From the IMG/VR virus record IMGVR_UViG_3300038379_000694, positions 1 through 33,492 of that record: a DNA stretch of 33,492 nucleotides. One strand, written 5' to 3'. The DNA comes from a virus. Its lineage: Duplodnaviria; Caudoviricetes. Numbering within the stretch: position 1 is the stretch's first letter; each line of letters starts with the position of its first letter. The position numbers were made by a program, and so were the translations under genes. Positions 6,814 through 16,059 of the stretch are shown piece by piece. The notes beneath the pieces were generated by a model, which saw nothing but the letters and a program-made list of their open reading frames with translations, was not told the origin of the DNA and did no database searches.

Positions 6814-7101
6814 GTGGAGCCAGAAATGATAGACCTTTTCAAGCAATTCTATGGCTGGCTGTATTACCAGTATCTACGGTTGCACTGGCGGCGGCTGTGG
6901 CGGATGTCGGTGGAGGAATACGTGAGGCAGTCAAGCGCGGTCGCTATGATGGCTCCCAGGAGCGCAAGGCGGGTGAGTGATGCCAGTCAGACCAGCGTCG
7001 CCGTGCTCGAAGCCTGGCTGCCCGCATCGGAAGCCGTGCCCCATCCACAAGGGGCAGCGGTCGCCCGATACACGGCCCAGCGCGGCGGCTCGCGGCTATG
7101 A
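6814..7101 (+). CDS. Possible hypothetical protein
   Basis: GGAGGT before GTG, aromatic-rich N-terminus; but 3' part overlaps HNH by about 120 nt. Confidence 0.35.
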   Translation: MEPEMIDLFKQFYGWLYYQYLRLHWRRLWRMSVEEYVRQSSAVAMMAPRSARRVSDASQTSVAVLEAWLPASEAVPHPQGAAVARYTAQRGGSRL

Positions 7102-7333
7102 CCAGAAGTGGCGGCGGATTCGGGCGGCGTTTTTGAAGCGACATCCTGAATGTGTGGTCTGCGGGCAGACGGCAACGGAGGTGGATCATATCCTGCCGCT
7201 TGAGGCTGGTGGCTCGAATGAGTGGAATAATCTACAGGCGTTGTGTAAAGGATGTCATAGTCGAAAGACGAATCGGTTTGACGGTGGGTTTGGGAATAGC
7301 AGGGTAGGGGGAGTCAAAAGTCTACAGGATTAG
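6980..7333 (+). CDS. HNH endonuclease (HK97 gp74-like terminase cofactor)
   Basis: RPSAAARGYDQKW, CVVC, EVDHILP, NLQALCKGCHSRKT; directly upstream of TerS. Confidence 0.95.
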   Translation: MPVRPASPCSKPGCPHRKPCPIHKGQRSPDTRPSAAARGYDQKWRRIRAAFLKRHPECVVCGQTATEVDHILPLEAGGSNEWNNLQALCKGCHSRKTNRFDGGFGNSRVGGVKSLQD

Positions 7334-7385
7334 CGGAGACCGGGTACGGCAACTTTATTCACACCGCCGCGAATTTCCATAAAAA
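7300..7385. other. Candidate cos (cohesive end) region
   Basis: Position between HNH and TerS as in HK97/P27-like phages; G-run...GACCG...CGCGAA context; exact cut site not determinable. Confidence 0.4.
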
Positions 7386-7410
7386 AGCTGGTGGGTAGGA
7401 TGGTACAATT

Positions 7411-7908
7411 ATGTCAACTAGAGGGCCGAAACCGAAGCCGACTGAGCTAAAAAAAATACAGGGGAATCCTGGGCATAGATCGCTCAACCAGGCGCAACCG
7501 AAGCCTGAATTGGCGACCAAAAAGCCGCGGGGCATGCAGCCGATAGCTCAAAAGCTGTGGGATGAGTACGCGCCGGAGTTAGAACGGCTGCAAGTGCTGA
7601 CCGGCGTCGATTCGGCGGCGTTTAGATTGATGGCGGAGCATTTTGGCTTTGCAGTGCAGGCGGCAAAGCTGCTTCAGGAAAAGGGATTGACGGTGGAGAC
7701 CAGCGAGGGCGTGAAGAAGAATCCTGTCGCCCAGGTTTTCAAAGATAATTCGCTGGTGTTTAAGGCGTATGCCAGCGAGTTTGGGTTGACGCCCAGCAGC
7801 CGCACGCGTCTGAAAATGCCGGCAGAAGCGGAGCAACTTAGCCTGGCGGAACAGTTGTTTGCGGCGGTGGCGCAGAGTGTAGAAGTGGTGGATTCTCCAC
7901 ATGATTGA
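7411..7908 (+). CDS. terS: Terminase small subunit, P27 family
   Basis: RGPKPKPTELKKIQGNPGHR, KKNPVAQV, EFGLTPSSRTRL. Confidence 0.95.
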   Translation: MSTRGPKPKPTELKKIQGNPGHRSLNQAQPKPELATKKPRGMQPIAQKLWDEYAPELERLQVLTGVDSAAFRLMAEHFGFAVQAAKLLQEKGLTVETSEGVKKNPVAQVFKDNSLVFKAYASEFGLTPSSRTRLKMPAEAEQLSLAEQLFAAVAQSVEVVDSPHD

Positions 7909-9628
7909 GGCCGGCCCTTCAGTTGCTAAGGCCGGGCCGAGACGCCTGAGCGCGGCGGAGCAGTATGTTGACGACGTGCTCTCCGGCCGGCAGGTGGCCT
8001 GCCGCTGGGTGCGCCTGGCCTGCGAGCGCCACCGGCGAGACCTGGAACATGGCCATGAGCGCGGGCTGTGGTTTGACGAGATGGCGGCGAAGGTGGCCAT
8101 CTCGTTCTTCAGCGTGCTGAGGCATTGGAAGGGTGAATGGGCCGGGAAGCCGGTCAGCCTGGAACCGGCGCAGCAGTTTTGGATTTGGTCTCTCTTCGGC
8201 TGGAAGCGGGCGGATGGATCAAGACGATTTCGCACGGCCTATTTGGAGGTAGCACGGAAAAACGGCAAGACCACTTTGGCGGCGGGGGTGGGGCTGTACC
8301 TGGCCTTTGTGGACGGCGAGCCGGGGGCGGAAGTATATAGCGCGGCCACGATGCGGGATCAGGCCCGGATTAGCCACCGGGATGCGACCCGAATGGTGAA
8401 ATCATCGCCGCAGTTGCGGCAGCTGATTGGCGTCTTCAGGGATAACCTGCACGAAGTCAAGAGCGGGTCAAAATTTGAGCCGCTTTCGGCGGATTACAAC
8501 TCCCTCGATGGGTTGAATGTTCACGGTGTGATTGCCGACGAGCTGCACGCCTGGCCCCAGCCAGAGCTGTGGGGGGTGCTGAAGACAGGCACGGGATCAC
8601 GCCGGCAGCCGCTGATGTTGGCCATTACTACGGCGGGCGTGGATCAGCAGGGGGTGTGTTACCGCCAACGGGAGTATATTACCCGCATCCTCAAGGGCAT
8701 CCTCGACGATGATGGTTATTGGGGGATGATTTACACGATTGACACCAAGCAGGACTGGTCTGATCTGGACCAGGATGACGATTGGCAGGATAAGGCGAAC
8801 TGGGTGAAGGCTAACCCCAACCTGGGGGTCAGTAAGAAATGGTACACGATGCGGGCGGATGCCCGCGAGGCAGCCCACAAACCGGCTGAGTTGAATCAGT
8901 TTTTGCGCTGGCATTTGAATGTGTGGACGCAGGCATTGACGCGCTGGGTTAATCCCATTCACTGGGCAGCCTGCGGCCAGCGGCCGGTTGATCCGGAGGA
9001 GCTGGCGGGCCGGGCCTGTTACGGCGGGTTGGACCTGTCGCAAATTTATGACATTACGGCGCTGGTGTTGGTTTTTCCGCCTGAAGACGCTGATGAGCCG
9101 TATCAGGCGCTCTGCCGCTTTTGGCTGCCGGCAGACAACATGCTGGAGCGGGTGCGTAAAGACCAGGTTCCCTACGAGGTATGGGTACGGCAGGGGTTTC
9201 TCAAGCTGACGCCGGGCAACGTGGTGGATTATGATTTTATCCTGGCGGAGATTGGGGAATTGGCGGAGCAGTTTGATCTGCGCGAGATTGGCTATGACCG
9301 CTACGGGGCGACCCTGGTGAGCCAGCAGCTTCAGGAGATGGGTGGTGAGGAATGGGTGGTGCCGATTGGTCAAGGATTTCTGAGCATGTCGCCGCCGCTG
9401 AAGGAGCTGGGCAAATTGATTGCCAGTGAAAAATTAGCCCACGGCGGCAACCCGGTGCTGACCTGGATGGCCGATAACCTGGTGGCAGTGGAGGATGCGG
9501 CGGGCAATATCAAGCCGGATAAGGCGAGATCGCGGGAAAAAATTGACGGGATGGTGGCCCTGGTGATGGCCCTGGATCGGGCGACGCGGCACGCAGAGCA
9601 GGGATCGCCGGGGATTTTGATTTTATGA
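7901..9628 (+). CDS. terL: Terminase large subunit
   Basis: Walker A VARKNGKT, Walker B VIADELH, ITTAG, nuclease GLDLS and KIDGMVA. Confidence 0.97.
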   Translation: MIEAGPSVAKAGPRRLSAAEQYVDDVLSGRQVACRWVRLACERHRRDLEHGHERGLWFDEMAAKVAISFFSVLRHWKGEWAGKPVSLEPAQQFWIWSLFGWKRADGSRRFRTAYLEVARKNGKTTLAAGVGLYLAFVDGEPGAEVYSAATMRDQARISHRDATRMVKSSPQLRQLIGVFRDNLHEVKSGSKFEPLSADYNSLDGLNVHGVIADELHAWPQPELWGVLKTGTGSRRQPLMLAITTAGVDQQGVCYRQREYITRILKGILDDDGYWGMIYTIDTKQDWSDLDQDDDWQDKANWVKANPNLGVSKKWYTMRADAREAAHKPAELNQFLRWHLNVWTQALTRWVNPIHWAACGQRPVDPEELAGRACYGGLDLSQIYDITALVLVFPPEDADEPYQALCRFWLPADNMLERVRKDQVPYEVWVRQGFLKLTPGNVVDYDFILAEIGELAEQFDLREIGYDRYGATLVSQQLQEMGGEEWVVPIGQGFLSMSPPLKELGKLIASEKLAHGGNPVLTWMADNLVAVEDAAGNIKPDKARSREKIDGMVALVMALDRATRHAEQGSPGILIL

Positions 9629-9774
9629 ACGATTTGATTGTAATGGTGGGGCTGGTTTGTCTGTTGGCAGGCGGATGGATGGTATCGCCAGCGGTGGCGT
9701 TAATGGTATTGGGGCTAATTTTGATAGTGACCGGATTAACCCGGATAAAGGGAGAGCAAAATGGCCCTCATTGA
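9625..9774 (+). CDS. Small two-TM membrane protein between TerL and portal, 49 aa (not in the ORF track)
   Basis: ATGA overlap with TerL; MNDLIVMVGLVCLLAGGWMVSPAVALMVLGLILIVTGLTRIKGEQNGPH. Confidence 0.75.
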   Translation: MNDLIVMVGLVCLLAGGWMVSPAVALMVLGLILIVTGLTRIKGEQNGPH

Positions 9775-11299
9775 AAAACTATTGAATTGGCAACCCGGTA
9801 TGGCGGCGCGGGCGGATAGCTGGATGCAAATGGCAGCCTGGCCGGGGTTTTTAGAGGGGAGCGTGGCCGGGGTGTCGGTGACGCCGGAGACGGCGCTGAA
9901 GATTAGCACGGTATATGCCTGTGTGGGGCTGCTCTCCGAGACGATTGCCAGCCTGCCGCTGGTCATTTTTCGTTACCTGGAGAATGAGAATGGTCGGGAG
10001 CGGGCGCGGAATCATCCGCTTTACCCGATTCTGCACGATCAGCCCAATCAAACCCAGACCGCTTTTGAATTTGTGCAAATGATGCAAACCCACGCGCTGA
10101 TGAGCCGGAATGGCTGCGGCGGCTGCGCCAAAATTATCGCCGGGCCGCGTGGATTTGTAGACCAATTGGAACCGCTGCACCCGGATAATGTCCGCAAAGA
10201 GAAATTAAAAAACGGAAAAATCAGATACCAGGTGACAGAGGATAACGGCCAGACCCGGCCGTATCTGGACGAGGATATTTTTGAGGTGCGCGGGCTGAGT
10301 TTGGATGGTTGGAATTCCCTTAGTGTGGTCAGCTATGCCCGTGATTCGTTTGGTTTGAGCCTGGCGGCGGAGCGTTATGGCAGCCGCTTCTTCCGCAACG
10401 ATAGCCGGCCTGGTGGGGTGTTGACGACCGAGGGGACGCTAAAAAAGGATGTAGCCCAGCGAATCAAGCAAAATTGGGAGGAACTGCATGCCGGCGCCAA
10501 TCAGCATCGGGTGGCCGTGCTGGAGCAGGGCCTAAAATGGCAGCAGGTGGGGATCAGCCCGGAAGAGGCGCAATTTTTGGAGACGCGGGAATTCCAGGCC
10601 GAGGATGTGTGTAGATGGTTCCGCGTGCCGCCGCACATGGTTGGCTTGACCTCCAAAGCGACTTCGTGGGGTAGCGGTATTGAGGAAATGAACATCGGAT
10701 TTTTGACCTACACCCTGCGGCCCTGGCTAACCCGGTGGCTGCAAGCCATTAAGCGAGATTTGATTTTGGCCCCGCAATCGTATTTTGCCGACTTTATTGT
10801 GGAGCATTTGCTTAAAGGCAATATTGAGGCGCGGTATAATGCCTACTCGATTGCCCGGCAGTGGGGTTGGATGTCGGTCAATGAGATCAGGCGATTGGAG
10901 AATTTGAACCCGATACCGGGCGGCGATGTGTATCTGACGCCGCTCAATATGGGGCCGGTGGCCGAGTGGCAAGGTGACAAGGTGACAGGGGGACAAGGTG
11001 AAGGGGTGACAGGAAATCATTACCGGCTGCTAGTGGAAGAAAGCGCGGCCCGGTTGGTGCGTAAGGAGATGGCAGCCATAGGGCGGCTGCCGACTGATGG
11101 CCAATGGATGGATAACGTGCGGCAATTTTACGACAATCACGCGGCGTTGGTTAGCCAGGCCATGCGCATTTCGCCGGAAAAGGCGCAACTTTTTTGCGCC
11201 CTGGGCCGGGATGAATGGCTACTCAATGGCCCATTCAGCGGCCCGGATTTTGAGACGCGGCGGGTCGCCGAATTAGTAAATCTGGTAATGGAGACGTGA
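9761..11299 (+). CDS. Portal protein, HK97 family, with C-terminal extension
   Basis: TVYACVGLLSETIASLPL, AQFLETR, FRVPPHMVG, NEIRRLENLNP. Confidence 0.96.
   Translation: MALIEKLLNWQPGMAARADSWMQMAAWPGFLEGSVAGVSVTPETALKISTVYACVGLLSETIASLPLVIFRYLENENGRERARNHPLYPILHDQPNQTQTAFEFVQMMQTHALMSRNGCGGCAKIIAGPRGFVDQLEPLHPDNVRKEKLKNGKIRYQVTEDNGQTRPYLDEDIFEVRGLSLDGWNSLSVVSYARDSFGLSLAAERYGSRFFRNDSRPGGVLTTEGTLKKDVAQRIKQNWEELHAGANQHRVAVLEQGLKWQQVGISPEEAQFLETREFQAEDVCRWFRVPPHMVGLTSKATSWGSGIEEMNIGFLTYTLRPWLTRWLQAIKRDLILAPQSYFADFIVEHLLKGNIEARYNAYSIARQWGWMSVNEIRRLENLNPIPGGDVYLTPLNMGPVAEWQGDKVTGGQGEGVTGNHYRLLVEESAARLVRKEMAAIGRLPTDGQWMDNVRQFYDNHAALVSQAMRISPEKAQLFCALGRDEWLLNGPFSGPDFETRRVAELVNLVMET
10966..11013 (+). 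repeat. Octamer (GGTGACAA-type) repeat in the portal linker
   Basis: 10966-10985 is identical to 4500-4519 (20 bp; both encode WQGDKV). Confidence 0.85.
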
Positions 11300-11300
11300 A

Positions 11301-12233
11301 ATGTACGAACATATAGTTCAAGCGGTGCAGGCGTTACCCTGGGCAATTTTGCCAGAAAAGTTAGCGGTAATCCGGGAGATTTTGATTTTGCGGACGCAGG
11401 GACGAGAGCTTTCGGCGGAGGAAATCAAAGAGCGAATTGAGGCAGCGCGGCCCGGTGAAAGAACCATGATCTCCGGGGGGACGCAGATCGCGGTGATCCC
11501 GGTGGTGGGGACGCTGCTTCCACGCGGGAATATGCTCCTGGAGGCGAGCGGGGCGGCCAGCGTGCAGCGGTTGACCGGCCAATTTCGGGCGGCGCTGGCT
11601 GACCCGGAGGTGGGCAGCATTGTGCTGGATATTGACTCGCCGGGCGGCCAGGTGGGGGGGATTGAGGAACTGGCTACTGAGATTTACCAGGCCAGAGGCC
11701 CTGCGGGAAAGCCCATCACGGCGGTGGCCAACACGCTGGCGGCCAGCGCCGCTTATTGGCTGGCCAGCGCGGCCGGGGAGTTGGTGGTGACGCCTTCAGG
11801 CGAAGTGGGCAGCATTGGGGTGTTTGCGGTACACCAGGATGTGAGCGTCGCTTTGGATAAGCTGGGGGTCAAAATGACCCTGATCAGCGCCGGCAAATAC
11901 AAAACCGAAGGCAACCCCTTTGAGCCGTTGGGCGAGGAGGCGCAGGGGGCTGTTCAGGCGCGGATAAATGATTATTACGATATGTTCACGGCGGCGGTGG
12001 CGCGGGGGCGCGGGGTCAGTCAAGCGGATGTCATTAATGGGTTTGGCGAGGGGCGCGTCGTCGGCGCAGAGCAGGCGGTGCGCCTGGGAATGGCTGACCG
12101 GGTGGCGACGATTGACCAGGTGTTAAGTGAGCTGGCCGGTAAGCGGCAGAACGGCCAGCGGGCGCGGGCAGAGATGGAGGATCGGGCGCGCCGGCTGCGG
12201 GCCTTTAGCCGTGGAAACGGTAAAGTAGCGTAA
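11301..12233 (+). CDS. Prohead protease, S49/SppA family
   Basis: LDIDSPGG, AASAAYWLAS, GSIGV, SAGKYK. Confidence 0.94.
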   Translation: MYEHIVQAVQALPWAILPEKLAVIREILILRTQGRELSAEEIKERIEAARPGERTMISGGTQIAVIPVVGTLLPRGNMLLEASGAASVQRLTGQFRAALADPEVGSIVLDIDSPGGQVGGIEELATEIYQARGPAGKPITAVANTLAASAAYWLASAAGELVVTPSGEVGSIGVFAVHQDVSVALDKLGVKMTLISAGKYKTEGNPFEPLGEEAQGAVQARINDYYDMFTAAVARGRGVSQADVINGFGEGRVVGAEQAVRLGMADRVATIDQVLSELAGKRQNGQRARAEMEDRARRLRAFSRGNGKVA

Positions 12234-12336
12234 ATGGCCGGGTCCGTTGATCCGGTTTGAATAGCTCCGTTGAGCGAATAAATTGCACCCTAGCGGTGTA
12301 GTCAATAGTCAATTATCAATTTGAGGAGCACATATC

Positions 12337-13575
12337 ATGACTAAGCGGTATCAATACCTGGTGCAGCAGCGGGCTGACCTGGTGAATGAAGCCAAGAAAC
12401 TTTTTGCCGGAGTGGGGGAGCGGGTGCTGACCCCGGAGGAGAAAGAGCGGGATGATCAGATTGTCGCCCAGATTCAGCAGCTTGATGCGGAGATCGAGCG
12501 GGAGGAACGGGTGCGAGCGCAGGAACGACACGCGCCGGCGGTGCTGAAGGGGCCGCGCGGGGATAATGAGATTGCAGCGATGGCCCATTTTGTGCGGACG
12601 GGTGACTCTGGCGGGGTGTCTCACCTGCTGGAGAAAGACGAGCAGGGGGTGAACCGGGTGACGTTGCACGTCCCTACGGCGTATGAATGGCGCAACACGC
12701 CCCAGGCGGCGGTGGTGGACAGCACGATGAATATCACCACGGCGGCGGATGGGGCTAACCTGGTGCCGACCGGATTCGTTAACCGGGTGGCGATGCGTAA
12801 GAATGAGCAGATGTTGGCAGAGAAACTGGGCTGCCAGCGGATTCCGGGCAAGGGCACCACGGTCAACCATCCGGTGGAGGCGGCTGACCCGGAGGAGTTT
12901 GCGACTACGGCCGAACAGGCGGACAACCATAGTGTGTCCTATGAACGGGATGCCGGCAATACCGGCCTGAAGGCGTTCACCCTGGTCAAAAAGACCCGCA
13001 AGATCGAATTGACCGAGGAGCTGCTGGAGGACAATGATGTAGACCTGATGGGCTACATCGGCGACCGCATGGGGCGGCAGATTGCGGGCACGCATAACGC
13101 CATGCTCATCACCGAGGCCGGGGCTAATGGGACGAAGTTTAAAACCTTCGCGGCGGCGGCGGCCATCGCCGCCGGGGAGCCGGAGGACATCATTTTTAAC
13201 GATACTTTGGCGTACTACCTGGAGGATGACGGCGGCTCGATTGGCTGGGTGATGCGGCCCTCTACCTTTGGGGATGTGGCCAGCCTGACCGGCAATCCGC
13301 GGCTGTATGCCCAGACGCCGGGGGGGTCTTTCCAGAAGGAGCTGCTGGGCTATCCGGTTAACTACAGCAACAAAGTGGCCGCTACGGCCGCCAGCGCCAA
13401 GGATATGTACTTTGGTAACTGGTACTTTATGGGCTACCGGGAAGCGCCGGAACTCAGGTTCATTATGGATCCCTACAGCGTGGATGGGATGGTGATTTTG
13501 AAGTATTCCTTCCGGGCGGTTTACGGCGTGCTTCAGGCCGGCGCGGTGGGATACGGACAGCATCCGAGCGCGTAG
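12337..13575 (+). CDS. Major capsid protein, HK97 fold
   Basis: SD GAGGAG; N-terminal coiled-coil delta domain, GANLVP, ELTEELLED, LLGYPV. Confidence 0.94.
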   Translation: MTKRYQYLVQQRADLVNEAKKLFAGVGERVLTPEEKERDDQIVAQIQQLDAEIEREERVRAQERHAPAVLKGPRGDNEIAAMAHFVRTGDSGGVSHLLEKDEQGVNRVTLHVPTAYEWRNTPQAAVVDSTMNITTAADGANLVPTGFVNRVAMRKNEQMLAEKLGCQRIPGKGTTVNHPVEAADPEEFATTAEQADNHSVSYERDAGNTGLKAFTLVKKTRKIELTEELLEDNDVDLMGYIGDRMGRQIAGTHNAMLITEAGANGTKFKTFAAAAAIAAGEPEDIIFNDTLAYYLEDDGGSIGWVMRPSTFGDVASLTGNPRLYAQTPGGSFQKELLGYPVNYSNKVAATAASAKDMYFGNWYFMGYREAPELRFIMDPYSVDGMVILKYSFRAVYGVLQAGAVGYGQHPSA

Positions 13576-13577
13576 GA

Positions 13578-13618
13578 CCTCACCCCCTGACCCCCTCTCC
13601 CCTCTTGGGAGAGGGGGG
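13578..13618 (+). repeat. BoxC/REP-like palindromic element after the capsid stop
   Basis: CCTCACCCCCTGA-CCCCCTCTCCC-CTCTT-GGGAGAGGGGG; related copies at 17967 and 20089. Confidence 0.75.
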
Positions 13619-13632
13619 AGAAAGTAGGCAGT

Positions 13633-14256
13633 ATGCTGGTGCAGGGGTTTACGCCATGTTATCGGTTGGAGCCAGAGACGGTGGAGGCGATTCATAGCCT
13701 GCGCTGCCCGGCGGGGGTGGAATCGTTGGGCTGGATGTTCCAATGGGATAATCCATTTGACGATGGGCGGCTGAACATTCTGCACCAGTATCAGACAGGA
13801 CGTGAGCGTTTTTTGGCGGGGGAGGGTGAGGCGCTGCTGGTTGTAGAGAGCGACATCATTCCTCCGCCAGAGATGCTGGAGAAGCTGGCGGCGCTGAAGG
13901 CTGATTGCGCTTATGGGGTGTATCGCTTCCGGGCCTCTAGCGTGGTCAATGTGTTTGAGCGATACGCCGGGCAGCCCCGGAATGAGGGCGAAAGTTTGAG
14001 CCTATATCCACATAAATTACGCCAGGCGGTGCGGGCCGGGCAGGTGGCGTGCAGCGGCGGCGGCCTGGGCTGCGTGCTAATACGGAGAAATGTTTTGGAG
14101 AGCATCAATTTTAGGCTGGAAGGGGACACCGGCCATTGTGATGGCTGCTTTAATCGGGATGTCATGCGGGCCGGGTTTAGCCAGATGGCCGATATGAGCG
14201 TGGTGTGCGGGCACAAAACGGAGTACGGAGAGATTTTATGGCCACGGCTTTTTTAG
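13633..14256 (+). CDS. Glycosyltransferase, GT-A/GT2-like
   Basis: LLVVESDIIPP (xxD motif), GLGCVLIRRNVLE, D..F....GF...D..V.CGH pattern. Confidence 0.75.
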   Translation: MLVQGFTPCYRLEPETVEAIHSLRCPAGVESLGWMFQWDNPFDDGRLNILHQYQTGRERFLAGEGEALLVVESDIIPPPEMLEKLAALKADCAYGVYRFRASSVVNVFERYAGQPRNEGESLSLYPHKLRQAVRAGQVACSGGGLGCVLIRRNVLESINFRLEGDTGHCDGCFNRDVMRAGFSQMADMSVVCGHKTEYGEILWPRLF

Positions 14257-14792
14257 AGGTGATTACCCGCTGCTATAAGCGGCCAAAAATGTTAAAGCGG
14301 AATCAGGCCAGTTTGCGAGCGCAAACGGACCCGGATTGGATTCAAACCTTGATTGTGGATGGGATTGGTATGGGCGTGGCCTGGGCCAACGAGAACCTGG
14401 CACTAAAGGCACAATATCTGGTGGGAGAATACATCTGGCTATTGGATGATGATGATGAGTGCATCTTGCCCTCGCTAGTGGCTGACCTGAAAAAAATTGC
14501 TCACCAGCATCATCCAGAAGTGATTATGCTAAAGATGGATCACGGCGAGCGGGGAATTTTGCCGGATAATGAGTGCTGGAAAAATGAGGAACTTGCGCCG
14601 GGGCACGTGGGGTGTAGCGCTTATGTGGTCAAACGCACGGTGTGGCAAGCCTACGCCTGGGCCTGGGTGCCAGGCGCGTATGATAGCGATTTTAATTTTT
14701 TTGCCTCCATTTGGGCGGATCAGCCTACGGTGTATTGGCATGATGTGATTGCCAGCCGGGTGCAGCGGATTTCTTTGGGGAGGCCGGAATAG
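14238..14792 (+). CDS. Glycosyltransferase, GT-A/GT2-like (start MATAFL)
   Basis: VITRCYKRP..L......SL.AQT..DW, GEYIWLLDDDD DxD motif, YDSDFNF. Confidence 0.8.
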   Translation: MATAFLEVITRCYKRPKMLKRNQASLRAQTDPDWIQTLIVDGIGMGVAWANENLALKAQYLVGEYIWLLDDDDECILPSLVADLKKIAHQHHPEVIMLKMDHGERGILPDNECWKNEELAPGHVGCSAYVVKRTVWQAYAWAWVPGAYDSDFNFFASIWADQPTVYWHDVIASRVQRISLGRPE

Positions 14793-14825
14793 GAAGTAGG
14801 AAGTAGGAAGTAGGGAGTAGGGAGT
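14790..14825 (+). repeat. Heptamer tandem repeat (TAGGAAG/TAGGGAG) x5
   Basis: Runs from the TAG stop to the next ATG. Confidence 0.95.
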
Positions 14826-15002
14826 ATGAAGGTCAAAGCACTTATTTCTTTTGTGGGATACGGGCCGGATAGAATCAAATACCGGTTAGTGGAGGGTGAG
14901 GAATTTGAGCTGCCGGCAGGGGTGGATTGGTTGGAGAAGGGGTTGGTGGTGGAAGTTAAGGCTAAGGCTAAGGCTAAGAAATCTCAAGAGAGGCTGCTAT
15001 AA
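14826..15002 (+). CDS. Small head-region protein, 58 aa (not in the ORF track)
   Basis: MKVKALISFVGYGPDRIKYRLVEGEEFELPAGVDWLEKGLVVEVKAKAKAKKSQERLL; stop abuts the next ATG. Confidence 0.75.
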   Translation: MKVKALISFVGYGPDRIKYRLVEGEEFELPAGVDWLEKGLVVEVKAKAKAKKSQERLL

Positions 15003-15578
15003 ATGGCGGCGAGGGGCTATTGTACGGCAGATGAGGTAGCCGCGTTCCTGGGATTGACCTTTACGGCGGGGCAGGAGGCGCAGGCTGAGGCGCTGATCGA
15101 GCGGGCTGAGGCAGAGATTGACGGGGCGACTGAGCGGGGCTGGCTGGTGGGTGAGCAGTCTGATGAGGTCCATTATCCGCTTGGCCGGCTGATTTTTTTG
15201 CGCTATGCGCCGGTGGAGAGCGTGGAGGAGATTACCGGAAGAATTAGCCTGGGCGGTGCAGAGACGGCGCTGACCGAAGAGGTTGATTATGAGGTGCGCG
15301 ACTTGGAGAGCGGCTTGATCCGGCTAGTGACATTGGGTTATGAGCGGCTGCTGGTGAGCTACACGCCGGTGGACAGTGTGCCAGGCGACATCAAACAGGC
15401 GACAATTGAACTGGTGGCTAACCGGATGCAGCCGAGTTTGCAGCCAAATTCTTATGGCCTGGATAGTTACAGCCTGCCGGATTTGACGGTGAATTTTGCC
15501 CGCAGCCACGTGCAGGCGGCGCTGCCGCCGGCGGTGCAGCAGGTGGTGGAGCGGTACCGCTACAGGGTGCAGGCGTGA
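15003..15578 (+). CDS. Head-tail connector (gp6/gp15-like)
   Basis: YCTADEVAAFLG, VPGDIKQATIELVA, LPPAVQQVVERYR; gene order. Confidence 0.85.
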   Translation: MAARGYCTADEVAAFLGLTFTAGQEAQAEALIERAEAEIDGATERGWLVGEQSDEVHYPLGRLIFLRYAPVESVEEITGRISLGGAETALTEEVDYEVRDLESGLIRLVTLGYERLLVSYTPVDSVPGDIKQATIELVANRMQPSLQPNSYGLDSYSLPDLTVNFARSHVQAALPPAVQQVVERYRYRVQA

Positions 15579-15582
15579 AGAA

Positions 15583-15644
15583 AGGAGTAAGGAGTAAGGA
15601 GTAAGGAATAGGGATTTACTCCCTACTTCGTACTTCCTACTCCC
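15583..15644. repeat. Heptamer repeat (AGGAGTA) with inverted (TACTCCC/TACTTCC) block
   Basis: Read directly; can fold back on itself. Confidence 0.9.
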
Positions 15645-15650
15645 TGGCTG

Positions 15651-15962
15651 ATGATTGGGTTGAATGTGTTGGCGAATGTTTATACGCCTGGCGCCAATGG
15701 GGATTTTACCGTTTTGGCCAAAGCCAACTTACTGTGCCGGCTGGCCTACATCCAACAGGGCGGGTCGGATATTGGCGGCCAGCGAGAAGATATTGGCAGC
15801 CGGCGGAGGCTGTTGTGGGCGGAAGTTTACACCATGCCGGAGACGGCCCAGGTGGAGGTGAGCGGCGAGCGGTGGAATGTGCTGGCCGGGACGGTTGGGG
15901 CGATGACCGGCCCAGATGGCAGCGTGGTCTACCGGCGCTGTGAGGTGGTGAGGGCATTGTGA
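15651..15962 (+). CDS. Head closure/head-tail adaptor (putative)
   Basis: Size, beta-rich pattern and position. Confidence 0.7.
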   Translation: MIGLNVLANVYTPGANGDFTVLAKANLLCRLAYIQQGGSDIGGQREDIGSRRRLLWAEVYTMPETAQVEVSGERWNVLAGTVGAMTGPDGSVVYRRCEVVRAL

Positions 15963-15963
15963 G

Positions 15964-16015
15964 GTGTCAGGTGTCAAGTGTCAAGTGATTATGCTTGACA
16001 CGTGATACGTGACAC
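15964..16015. repeat. Heptamer repeat (GTGTCAR) x3 with inverted block
   Basis: GTGTCAGGTGTCAAGTGTCAAG...CTTGACACGTGATACGTGACAC. Confidence 0.9.
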
Positions 16016-16059
16016 TTCGGAGGCACGCTTTGCGCGCCTTCGGCGGGAGCAGGGGAGCG

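Noticed and set aside
12316-13785. 489-aa minus-strand ORF and other long antisense ORFs (7579-8235, 8597-9373, 19481-20296, 21970-22695)
   Set aside because: They shadow well-supported genes; expected from high-GC codon bias; no motifs
14955-14978. AAGGCT hexamer repeat
   Set aside because: In-frame low-complexity KAKAKAK tail of a small protein
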